From a virus (Duplodnaviria > Caudoviricetes): 24,809 bases of DNA. The position numbers were made by a program, and so were the translations under genes. Location of the stretch: positions 1 to 24,809 of the IMG/VR virus record IMGVR_UViG_3300028422_001969, one strand, 5' to 3'. The first letter of the stretch is position 1. Each line of letters opens with the position of its first letter. The notes below the pieces were generated by a model. It did not search any database. It saw only the letters and a program-made list of their open reading frames with translations, and was not told where the DNA came from. Below are positions 9,124-17,451 of this stretch, in pieces.

Positions 9124-10077
9124 TTAAACCCCCGATGCCTGGATCGTCGCTACAACGATACTGGTTTCATTTTTCTTATCCTCTATACGCTCATTGACAT
9201 CAAACGACTTACCTATAGCCGCCGTCTGCTCTTTCCTATACTCTATCTCGGCTCCCATTTGAGCAATCTTTTCCTGCTCGGTAAGGGTCTGTGCGTACAT
9301 GAGTGCGTTTCTGGTCTGCTCAGCCGCAGTCTGCGCTTCCATGAGTGGTATCTTGGCTTCCTCGATCTTGATCTGCTTGGCTTTCAACCCCAACTCTGCG
9401 TCGGCAAGCTCGAGCTCTTTTTGCTTTGTCAAAATGTCCTGTGCCATTAGGTCAAGCTTCTTTTCGTCAATAGCAATCTGAGCAGTCTTTGACTCGATGT
9501 CCTTATCCATGAGCTCAAGCTTTTTCTCTTCGGTGTGAGCCTGTGCAACGATGAGTGGTATCTTTGCTTCCTCGATGGATACCTGTTTTTCCTTGATGAG
9601 GAGCTCTTTGCCGGATATCTCTATCTCTTTCGTCTTGAGCTCTATGTCCTTATCCATAAGGGACAGCTTCTTGGTGTCAAGATTGAGTTGAGCATCCTTG
9701 ATCTCAAGCTCTTTGGTGTTGAGGGCTATTTGAGACGGGATGAGCTGCTCGATCTCTACTTTAGCTTTGGCTACCCTGGCTGCAACATCGTTCTTTTTCA
9801 CAAGATCGTCATTCTGCATAGAGATGATTTGTTGCTCATTGACAGGGGATTGAAGTGCAATCCTCTCAGCAGCACCGACCGCCGCGTTGATCGTAGAGGT
9901 TGTTACTGTGGTTAGGAAGCTTGAGTAGTACTTTGCCTTTTCATCGTCAGATATTGAAGTGCTTTTACTCAGAAACTCCTTGAGCTCATCTTGAGCTTTT
10001 TTGAGAACCGCATCATCATTCAATACAACCGTCTCAACGGTGTTTTTGATGACATCGTTGAATAGTTCCAAATCCAT
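9124..10077 (-). CDS. Long coiled-coil virion protein with heptad-multiple repeats (helical tail tube/needle candidate), 317 aa
   Basis: SD AAGGGAG. KLxLMxxDI occurs three times and IEEAKIPL twice, 70 aa apart. Confidence 0.6.
   Translation of the reverse strand: MDLELFNDVIKNTVETVVLNDDAVLKKAQDELKEFLSKSTSISDDEKAKYYSSFLTTVTTSTINAAVGAAERIALQSPVNEQQIISMQNDDLVKKNDVAARVAKAKVEIEQLIPSQIALNTKELEIKDAQLNLDTKKLSLMDKDIELKTKEIEISGKELLIKEKQVSIEEAKIPLIVAQAHTEEKKLELMDKDIESKTAQIAIDEKKLDLMAQDILTKQKELELADAELGLKAKQIKIEEAKIPLMEAQTAAEQTRNALMYAQTLTEQEKIAQMGAEIEYRKEQTAAIGKSFDVNERIEDKKNETSIVVATIQASGV
9341..9576 (-). repeat. Intragenic direct repeat, 210-nt spacing
   Basis: atgagtggtatcttggcttcctcgat (9341) vs atgagtggtatctttgcttcctcgat (9551), one mismatch in 26 nt. 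Confidence 0.85.
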
Positions 10078-10078
10078 T

Positions 10079-10684
10079 CTATATCTCCCTTATCACTACA
10101 TTTCCCAATACTGAATTGAGAGTAGCGTCACTTAGTTCTATGTCCTGTAGCGATATGTCACTGAGCGACACATCGCCTATTGACGAGTCTGCATACGATG
10201 AGTCGATGATTCCGTCATCCATGCTTATCTCGTAGTTGAGGTTTGATGGATTTCTGTTTATCATGAATTTCTTACCGAGCGTCTCAATGACCATTACGCT
10301 GTCGGTAACTTTTGCGAAGTAGAATCCGTCTGCAATCGCACTCATGCTTCCGGCATACAACTCATTACCGTTAGCGTCAAGGGCCCTATATGGTATCGTT
10401 ACATTTGGCTTGTAGCCTATGATAAAGGTTGTGAGTGGATACCCGATACGCTTTACAATTCTCTGGTTGTTGATCCTCGCAAGCATGAAACCGTGAAGAG
10501 ACGGTGCCTTACTCATGAATCGCTGCACTGACCAGGATACAGTGTGTGTATGCTCCAGCTCAATGAAAGTCTTTGATATCGGATCGAAAGCATAGATGCT
10601 TACTGACGGTGTTGTGTTCGCGTAAGTGTAAAGCGAGAATTCACCGCCGCTTGATATGCTTGTAGTATCGATCCTCACTACCAT
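10079..10684 (-). CDS. Hypothetical virion protein with acidic C-terminal pentapeptide repeats, 201 aa
   Basis: TGATG coupling to the upstream gene. Tail DSSIG-DVSLS-DISLQ-DIELS-DATLN. Confidence 0.6.
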   Translation of the reverse strand: MVVRIDTTSISSGGEFSLYTYANTTPSVSIYAFDPISKTFIELEHTHTVSWSVQRFMSKAPSLHGFMLARINNQRIVKRIGYPLTTFIIGYKPNVTIPYRALDANGNELYAGSMSAIADGFYFAKVTDSVMVIETLGKKFMINRNPSNLNYEISMDDGIIDSSYADSSIGDVSLSDISLQDIELSDATLNSVLGNVVIREI

Positions 10685-11238
10685 CAGTATCCTACCGCTA
10701 CGACCTCATCGTTATTTCCGTCAACCACAACCACATCCTCTTCGACTATTTTGATTCTTTGCTCCACAAGGATACTATACTTGCTACCCTCCACTGATAC
10801 AATGTACTCGCCTGGATCGGCAATGGAGATGTCTTGCGTGGTATACTCACCGAGTTTTACGCTTTGGTTGATCGTAGCACCACTTGGTACGGCAACCAGA
10901 AGTTTTTTGTTGATGTAGATAGTTGCGCCATCGATCTTTTTGATGTATGCGTATTTGCCCGTGGAGTACTCGATAGTATCACCCTCAAGAAGAGTATTTG
11001 TGGATGAGTCTACTGTGAGGGTTGTTGCGTTGATTGCCGCATTTGCCGTGAGTGTTGCCGATCTACTTGCGGTTGCAAGCTCAGCCTCGGTAGCTCCACC
11101 TGCAACCACTGTTTTTTGCTGTAGGTTATCTACTGGAGCATAGTAGGCACTGAAATCGCCAGATTGTGCTCCGAAGAGTGTTTTTTTGGTTGATACTACA
11201 ACCTTGAATGCTTCTCCAACTTTTCTTGTGATCATCAT
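10684..11238 (-). CDS. Hypothetical structural protein, beta-rich/Ig-like, 184 aa
   Basis: Start moved from 11361 to ATG 11238 (MMITRKVGEAF), which follows SD AAAGGA and removes the overlap with the upstream gene. Contains SATLTANAAINATTLTVDS...GDTIEY and DPGEYIVSV. Confidence 0.65.
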   Translation of the reverse strand: MMITRKVGEAFKVVVSTKKTLFGAQSGDFSAYYAPVDNLQQKTVVAGGATEAELATASRSATLTANAAINATTLTVDSSTNTLLEGDTIEYSTGKYAYIKKIDGATIYINKKLLVAVPSGATINQSVKLGEYTTQDISIADPGEYIVSVEGSKYSILVEQRIKIVEEDVVVVDGNNDEVVAVGY

Positions 11239-11287
11239 ATAGTCCTTTAAACATGGTTTGAAATAAAGGACTATATTAGTGATGATC
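11230..11287 (-). promoter_or_regulatory. Inverted repeat covering the SD and start codon of the 184-aa gene
   Basis: atatagtccttta (11237-11249) / taaaggactatat (11264-11276) is a 13-bp perfect stem, extended by gatcatc (11230-11236) / gatgatc (11281-11287) across a 4-nt bulge. Confidence 0.8.
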
Positions 11288-11300
11288 TCGTTTAAAAGTA
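11273..11300 (-). promoter_or_regulatory. Putative late promoter/activator site, copy 2
   Basis: TACTTTTAAAC (11300-11290), 11-nt spacer, TAATAT (11278-11273). Confidence 0.6.
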
Positions 11301-11305
11301 AAGCA

Positions 11306-12352
11306 CTATTGCTTATCAGCCCAGCTTGAGAACTCCACCCACGGGTTCTGTGAGTACCCAAAGTTTAAACCAAATGCGTTTGACCACATATAGTCGGCAG
11401 CAAGCACATCGCACATGAACATATCCGTTGTGTCGCTCTCGTAAATGGTTGCCACCTTATCGTACCCATTCATATCAGAAGTATCAAATCTCGACATAGT
11501 GCTTTCTTCAAACACGATCTCCCCATCTTTGATGTAGTACTTCACATCTGACACATCGCCCCTGCACCCGTCATTTTTCTGAAGTTCAGTAGGAGCACCC
11601 AAATCGAAAGCAACGACATATCCGAGTTCACCTACGCCGGACCACCCGCCACCAACTGCTTTGTGATCGTCGATGTATTGTATTTGATCGGGCCCGAAAG
11701 GGATACTGCACTTATAAATACTGTGGTTGTACTGGCTGACATATACGCCATCGTAGTACTTAGAGTGACCGCCTACGACAATGATGCCTGTAGCTGTCAC
11801 TACGCCTGATCCAGTGTCTACCACGCCGCTCTCGTCATACAGTACGCCATCGACTACAATTCTACCGCTCGCCCCGAGATGGGAACCGTTTGTACCGTCA
11901 AGTACTGGCACTGTTGTATTTGTAAGCCTGTCCATCATATATTGCTTGCTGAAAGTCCACACTTTCCCATCGAGACTACCTACATTGTTGTACTCTTTGA
12001 ATAGCCTCAACCCGCCATTGATTGTAGTTCCAAAAGCGAGGCAGATACCGTTCAGGTATCTAATGTGAAGCATATTGTCGATAACAGATATCTCCACAGC
12101 CTGTCTGAATTGCTCAGCAACCTCATTCATTTGTATTGAATCAAGGTCGCTTTGTGCCTGAGTCCATACAGCACCCACTATGTTATTCGACACTGTGCTG
12201 ATCTCATGGCAAGTTACAGCCCCATCATTAAGTATGAACAGAATCGGTATCTTTACAGCCAATCCAACATTGAACACCACGATATCTTCAGCAGTCACAC
12301 CTATGGTCGTCGCCGCCGGGATAATCGTTGTGACTCTATCGCATCCTACCAT
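11306..12352 (-). CDS. Hypothetical tail-region protein, 348 aa
   Basis: Strong SD AGGAGG overlapping the upstream gene end. V/G/D-rich, beta-like. No family recognised. Confidence 0.6.
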   Translation of the reverse strand: MVGCDRVTTIIPAATTIGVTAEDIVVFNVGLAVKIPILFILNDGAVTCHEISTVSNNIVGAVWTQAQSDLDSIQMNEVAEQFRQAVEISVIDNMLHIRYLNGICLAFGTTINGGLRLFKEYNNVGSLDGKVWTFSKQYMMDRLTNTTVPVLDGTNGSHLGASGRIVVDGVLYDESGVVDTGSGVVTATGIIVVGGHSKYYDGVYVSQYNHSIYKCSIPFGPDQIQYIDDHKAVGGGWSGVGELGYVVAFDLGAPTELQKNDGCRGDVSDVKYYIKDGEIVFEESTMSRFDTSDMNGYDKVATIYESDTTDMFMCDVLAADYMWSNAFGLNFGYSQNPWVEFSSWADKQ

Positions 12353-12750
12353 GACATCCTCCTTAATGATCCCCAGTCGTATGCCAGATACCCGGCAGGA
12401 ACTACCTCTGATCCTGCCACCTCAAACTTTCTGAAATTTGCACTCTTGTAGTTTAATGGCTTGATCGCTCCGTCGGCAGTCATAGCCAGATTTACAGTCT
12501 CGTCCTGAACCTCAAGAGCAATTTGCTTCCACTTTTTAGTCCCATACGGATTGTTTGGATATAGCGAGGAGCTTTTTGTCTCCCCGGTGATCTCTTTGAT
12601 GATGGTTTCTTCAGGCGGGTTGCTGAGGTTGAATGTGATAACCGCATCACCGAGCCCAAAAGATACAGATTGACCCTCTGGCTTCATCTTCTTTGGGGTG
12701 ATCGTTACACTGTTGCCAGTCCATTTGTATGTGACATCATAGATACCCAT
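12346..12750 (-). CDS. Hypothetical protein, 134 aa
   Basis: TAATG coupling, preceded by GGAGG. No family recognised. Confidence 0.6.
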   Translation of the reverse strand: MGIYDVTYKWTGNSVTITPKKMKPEGQSVSFGLGDAVITFNLSNPPEETIIKEITGETKSSSLYPNNPYGTKKWKQIALEVQDETVNLAMTADGAIKPLNYKSANFRKFEVAGSEVVPAGYLAYDWGSLRRMSW

Positions 12751-15629
12751 TACGCATTACCTCCGTCGATTGATTTGTGCATGAATGTATCTTCAAGCGT
12801 GATGGTACTGAACCTGTCGGTGATATCGTTACCGTCTTTGTCTGTAGCCATATAGGTGACCGTTACGGACCCGTCGCCATTGTCGGTAAAGCTGTACTCC
12901 ACCTTATCGGCTTTTGTGTCGTATACTGGCTCCTGTAGCCCCTCTATGCCTACCTGGTTGCAAGCCTCAAGTGTAGGTAGCCCTCTGAACTGCTCAGCTT
13001 TGAAATTCATATTCTCCACATCGAATACAAAGTCAAACTTCTCATACGATCCGCTTTTATCAACGCAGTATGAGCATCTTATGAATTTTGTTTCACTGTC
13101 GTAGTCAAAATCTGAATGCAGCTTGCTAAGCACCTGTGCTTCAAGCACTTCACCAGAGTTAGTGATATCACATATATCTCCCATGAAGTTTGACTTTAGA
13201 TGAGTCCTCGACACCATTTCGTTGTAAAGAGATATTTCGTACTCTGTCTCGATGGTCATTACATCATGGTATTCAACCGTAATGGTATCGCCATAGTAGT
13301 CCTGCTCCCTCGTATACACCTCACCGTTCAGCACTTCCGGAACAATGCTGAATGTCAATGTGTCACCCTTGATAAGCCTGATGAGCCCTTTCCCGTTGAA
13401 TAGCTCCTTGTGGAAAGCTTTATACTTGAATGAATTTACATATCCATCCCCGAAATACGAATCATTTTCGTCAGTATTGTATACCTGAGGGTTGTAAGTT
13501 CTGATTACATCTGCCTTTACTGGCGAATACTCATCGTCGGTTATTGGGGTTGAATTAGCCGTAACAATCTCAACGAACTTTTTAGCTATCTCTGTAATGA
13601 ACCACTTGTCACTGTCACGGATCATGAAGTCAGATTTAACCTCAACAAGCTGTGGTTTAGATAGTGCCATTTCGGTCATTCCGTTTGCATCAAGCAATGG
13701 AACTCCGTTTACATAAACATGCTTCCAAAGATAGTCTGTGTACGGGAGATAATCTATCATGTGCAATACGCCGTTTTGATCAGGTGACGGTATATTCTTG
13801 TAGGCAAAAATCGACGCTTCATTTTGAGAAACCTGCGTATCTACTGTTACATCGGAGATACCCGCAAGTGATAAAGCGTATGACGCTTCCGGTGGTATCA
13901 TATTAAACTTGTTGATTCCTTGCCCGTACCAGTCAAGCACTTCACTATCCCAGAACGCAAGTCCATCGGGCAAGTTTGTATCTTCGTCAACCATTGAAGC
14001 TTTGTTGTTGCTGATCCTTATAAGGGCACTTCCATAAAGATTGATAATCTTGGACGGGTCCTTGATGAGGCTATATACATCTCTGCCTACTTTGTAATAG
14101 CTTGAAACAAATGCAGGTTTTACAGTAGAAAGATCGATATATGAGCCGTCAAGGGAACCTTTATAGTCATACACATCAATCACATTTGCCTTTTTTGCTA
14201 CAGGAGTTGCCAATAGATCATGGTATCCAACAACAGGGGTTGCTTCAAGATATCTATACCTGACATTGAGGATACCCCAGTAGTACAGGTAGTTCTTTTC
14301 ACCTATGCCACCGCTACTCAAATACGCCCTCAGCTCAATCACATTGATATTTGGGGCGAACAGTGCCGAGGCATTTACATCGCTTGTAAGCAGATACTCA
14401 ATATTTGCAAGAAGTTTATCGGACAAAACAACATCGTGCTTTACGCCGATCTTCTTAATCACGATTACTGTGTTGCACTCACCTGGAGGTACGGTAGACG
14501 AGATGCCGACAAACTCTTCGAGAACCTCTATCTGATCTGCTCCGATCCATTCGTTTTGAGGATCATTCAGCCCCCTACTCCCGTAGATTGCGCCGCCGTT
14601 TCTGATGCCGTGCTCACCGTCATCGCTTAGAGGCACATATTCCATGAACACAGTAAGATCGCTGTTATCGATTATGATAATGTTCTGTATGAATGTGAAG
14701 TGAGTTAGCACCTCATATAGTGCGAGGGCGAGCATCTTGTTTGATGTAGTGCCGCCATCGATATACCCGGTAAGCGTTACCGTTCTGAAGTTAAGATTGA
14801 ACCGTACACCGAAGCTTGTAGTGATATCGATTTCGTCTTGAGCCCAGGCATTTGAACAGTCGAAATTCTTCACTATGGTGTCGAGGGATACCGATGTAGC
14901 ATTGGTAGAAATTTCTGCCTTGATTGCATCGCTCAACGGCTGCTGAGAGTGTACATACACTACGCTTCCGTTGCTTTGCGACAGAGTGTATTCGCTCAAT
15001 GAGTCAGAGTAAGCTATCGTTTTGATCCCGTCTCCATACTGAGTATCATTCATCGCAGCATACACATCATCTACAGACGGAAAGCTGCCACCTGAAAGAT
15101 ATGAAGCATACTCCTCTACGGTATGACTGGAAATGATCGAAGCCAATTCCGAGTCGGCAGATAGCCCAGTGTAGCCAAGTGCCGAGTATACGCCGTTGAT
15201 ATCTTTTGCGAGCTGATCGGCAGTTATGCTTCCATCTACATACTGAGAGAACAACGACGCAATATTTATCTTTACCCCGTAAGGATAAATAGCGTCCTCT
15301 ACTGCCTGAAGTGAATCTGGCTTGATAGTGAGGTCGCCATCCATAGAGCACACTTTACCTACCAGGCACCCGGTCAAGGTATTGATATATGCAGTCCCAT
15401 CTACAAATTGAATCTTGAGTGCCTCATCAACATCAACACTCTTCCAAAACACATTTTCAGAATCTGGAGCAACATCGAAGCTGATGGATTTTTCGATGAT
15501 ATCACTGATAGGTATTCCCGATACAGACACGCTACCATCCTGATTGATAGTAGCTGTAGCACCAGGGTACACCGCAAGAATATCATCACTGATAGTAACC
15601 GATCCGTCCTTGATTATGATTGATCCCAT
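12750..15629 (-). CDS. Large acidic hypothetical virion/tail protein, 959 aa
   Basis: Long uninterrupted ORF coupled by TAATG at both ends. D/S/I/Y-rich. No family recognised. Confidence 0.65.
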   Translation of the reverse strand: MGSIIIKDGSVTISDDILAVYPGATATINQDGSVSVSGIPISDIIEKSISFDVAPDSENVFWKSVDVDEALKIQFVDGTAYINTLTGCLVGKVCSMDGDLTIKPDSLQAVEDAIYPYGVKINIASLFSQYVDGSITADQLAKDINGVYSALGYTGLSADSELASIISSHTVEEYASYLSGGSFPSVDDVYAAMNDTQYGDGIKTIAYSDSLSEYTLSQSNGSVVYVHSQQPLSDAIKAEISTNATSVSLDTIVKNFDCSNAWAQDEIDITTSFGVRFNLNFRTVTLTGYIDGGTTSNKMLALALYEVLTHFTFIQNIIIIDNSDLTVFMEYVPLSDDGEHGIRNGGAIYGSRGLNDPQNEWIGADQIEVLEEFVGISSTVPPGECNTVIVIKKIGVKHDVVLSDKLLANIEYLLTSDVNASALFAPNINVIELRAYLSSGGIGEKNYLYYWGILNVRYRYLEATPVVGYHDLLATPVAKKANVIDVYDYKGSLDGSYIDLSTVKPAFVSSYYKVGRDVYSLIKDPSKIINLYGSALIRISNNKASMVDEDTNLPDGLAFWDSEVLDWYGQGINKFNMIPPEASYALSLAGISDVTVDTQVSQNEASIFAYKNIPSPDQNGVLHMIDYLPYTDYLWKHVYVNGVPLLDANGMTEMALSKPQLVEVKSDFMIRDSDKWFITEIAKKFVEIVTANSTPITDDEYSPVKADVIRTYNPQVYNTDENDSYFGDGYVNSFKYKAFHKELFNGKGLIRLIKGDTLTFSIVPEVLNGEVYTREQDYYGDTITVEYHDVMTIETEYEISLYNEMVSRTHLKSNFMGDICDITNSGEVLEAQVLSKLHSDFDYDSETKFIRCSYCVDKSGSYEKFDFVFDVENMNFKAEQFRGLPTLEACNQVGIEGLQEPVYDTKADKVEYSFTDNGDGSVTVTYMATDKDGNDITDRFSTITLEDTFMHKSIDGGNA

Positions 15630-16144
15630 TAGATCACCGCCCCATCGCCACCACAGTTCTCACCTATAGTGAGTTGATACCCTGTGCCTACGACTTCATC
15701 AGGTACAACAATGTTGAATGTGGTATCATCAACCTTTGTCACTGAAGCATTGGAAATGATCGATCCGTCGGACGCTTTTACACACGCTGTCATGCTGATT
15801 GCAAGCTGCTCTTTCAACGCATTTGTTACCGACACCGTGAGGTCATGGATGATCTGATTGTAGTATGCAGAATCTGGAGAAATGTCAGCTACTGCATTAC
15901 CGCCGTTAAACTCGAAGTGATTGCTCTTGTCACTCAATACAATCTTTTTGGCTTCAGGGATATAAATGACTGCTACCTCATTATCACCAATGCTACTCTT
16001 TATCGTAGACAATAGTGTTGCCTCATCTTTACTTCCGTTGGAAATAAAGAATACCATTTCAGTACCATCGACAGACACATTGAGTCCTACAGACTCAAAG
16101 TATCCATCTTCAATATACCCATCCTCGATATATTCATTGCTCAT
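15629..16144 (-). CDS. Hypothetical tail-associated protein with YIEDG repeats, 171 aa
   Basis: Start moved to ATG 16144 because GGAGG (16154-16150) lies 5 nt upstream. Begins MSNEYIEDGYIEDGYFE, ends GGDGAVI. Confidence 0.6.
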   Translation of the reverse strand: MSNEYIEDGYIEDGYFESVGLNVSVDGTEMVFFISNGSKDEATLLSTIKSSIGDNEVAVIYIPEAKKIVLSDKSNHFEFNGGNAVADISPDSAYYNQIIHDLTVSVTNALKEQLAISMTACVKASDGSIISNASVTKVDDTTFNIVVPDEVVGTGYQLTIGENCGGDGAVI

Positions 16145-16156
16145 AGCATCCTCCAT

Positions 16157-17023
16157 TTACACAGCATTTGCATCAGGCACAAGGTTTACATACTGTCCGT
16201 AAATCCTGTCGAATCCTCCATCGTACAGTGTTACAGTGTACACTATATCAACCACATCGGAAGTACTGATGGCTATTGCGTTGTTGAAGTAGATACTAGG
16301 TGTGACGATAACACCATCAATCAGATTGTCCCCATGCGTGTTAAGTATAGATATGGTTCCATTGTCGTTGTGAATAAGCACTTTGAATTCAAACCCAAGG
16401 TATGTGCTGTTGCTTGATTTTTTAAGGAAACCTGATACTGTTGCAGTAGCAAAACTTCTTGACAAGAATGAATCGTTAAGTCCACATACCCACTGGTTTG
16501 ACAGCTTTGCACCCAAAGATTCCTTGCTTGTAGATAGGTTGTTTCGAGAGATCATGTACTCTATTGCAGCATCCTTTTCGCCAAGTGCAATAGCCATAGC
16601 TTCGACCATTGAGATATTCGCATCCATTTCCTCTATGGTTACAGGTGCATCCTTGTCCGATCTCATCGTAGCATTGAATACATTTGCCACTAGTTTTGCA
16701 CTACTGATTTTCGTTGTATCATAATTGACTACGACGAAGAATGCAAATCCTGCTTCGCTCATCCAGTTATCCGGCACATACGCAACTGTTCCATCTACAT
16801 CCGTGTAAAATGTTTTTGCGTACTTGCAGTCACCGTTCGTATCGTAGATATAGAACTTCACCGCTGTTGGGGTGTCTGTCGCCTTAACCGTGAATTTGTA
16901 CACACTGTTTTTTGATGGATGAACCTTGAATTTTGCAGTATCCACATCTGCCGCAGCAACCTCAACATCAATACCGATAGGTAGCTCCTGAGAGATATCA
17001 ACATTATATTCCTTTGTAACCAT
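16157..17023 (-). CDS. Putative tail fibre-associated protein, 288 aa
   Basis: SD AAAGGA. Beta-rich N-terminal domain, then TMRSDKDAPVTIEEMDAN, which resembles the LRxxKGxxLTxxExDxN motif of phage fibre proteins, then a short coiled coil. Confidence 0.55.
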   Translation of the reverse strand: MVTKEYNVDISQELPIGIDVEVAAADVDTAKFKVHPSKNSVYKFTVKATDTPTAVKFYIYDTNGDCKYAKTFYTDVDGTVAYVPDNWMSEAGFAFFVVVNYDTTKISSAKLVANVFNATMRSDKDAPVTIEEMDANISMVEAMAIALGEKDAAIEYMISRNNLSTSKESLGAKLSNQWVCGLNDSFLSRSFATATVSGFLKKSSNSTYLGFEFKVLIHNDNGTISILNTHGDNLIDGVIVTPSIYFNNAIAISTSDVVDIVYTVTLYDGGFDRIYGQYVNLVPDANAV

Positions 17024-17034
17024 TGCTTGTCCTT

Positions 17035-17412
17035 TTAAATTATGTTTGCCTGAACAGAATCCGATCCGAGCTCTAGCGAAGTTATCCTGTCATCATGATT
17101 TTGAAGCATACTCTCTATACTTGGTGAATCGATCATCTTCATCTCGATTCTGCCCGTTGCCGCAGGTGTGAGTCCGTACATGGACTGGCAAGCAGGTGTA
17201 TAGATACGCCATAGTTGACCGCTGTTCGTTGAGTGTCCGTATGAGAAAAACACATCGGCAAAGAAGTAGTCAATGTAGTTTCCGTTTGCATCTTTATTCT
17301 CCGGCTTGTCCTGAAATGTAGTGTTGAGCCAGTTGAGAGATGCGAGCATAGCGGTCTCGAAATTTGCGGTAGAGTTTGGTCTTACCAAAATATCTTTTTT
17401 GTATAAAGCCAT
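17035..17412 (-). CDS. Hypothetical protein, 125 aa
   Basis: Strong SD AAGGAGGT. C-terminal NHDDRITSLE coiled-coil motif of the kind seen in phage fibres. Confidence 0.6.
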   Translation of the reverse strand: MALYKKDILVRPNSTANFETAMLASLNWLNTTFQDKPENKDANGNYIDYFFADVFFSYGHSTNSGQLWRIYTPACQSMYGLTPAATGRIEMKMIDSPSIESMLQNHDDRITSLELGSDSVQANII

Positions 17413-17427
17413 ATTACCTCCTTGGCA

Positions 17428-17448
17428 ATAGCCCCGATAGAGGGCTAT
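17428..17448 (-). terminator. Intergenic hairpin (weak terminator or mRNA-stabilising stem)
   Basis: ATAGCCC-N7-GGGCTAT just after the stop of the 305-aa gene. No real U-tract. Confidence 0.4.
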
Positions 17449-17451
17449 GGG

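Noticed and set aside
9341-9576. Direct repeats as a CRISPR array or DGR template/variable repeat pair
   Set aside because: Only two in-frame copies inside a coiled-coil gene, no spacer array, and no reverse transcriptase or cas gene in the window.
11239-11361. 41-aa N-terminal extension of the 225-aa ORF
   Set aside because: It runs through the regulatory gap and overlaps the upstream gene; the SD supports ATG 11238.
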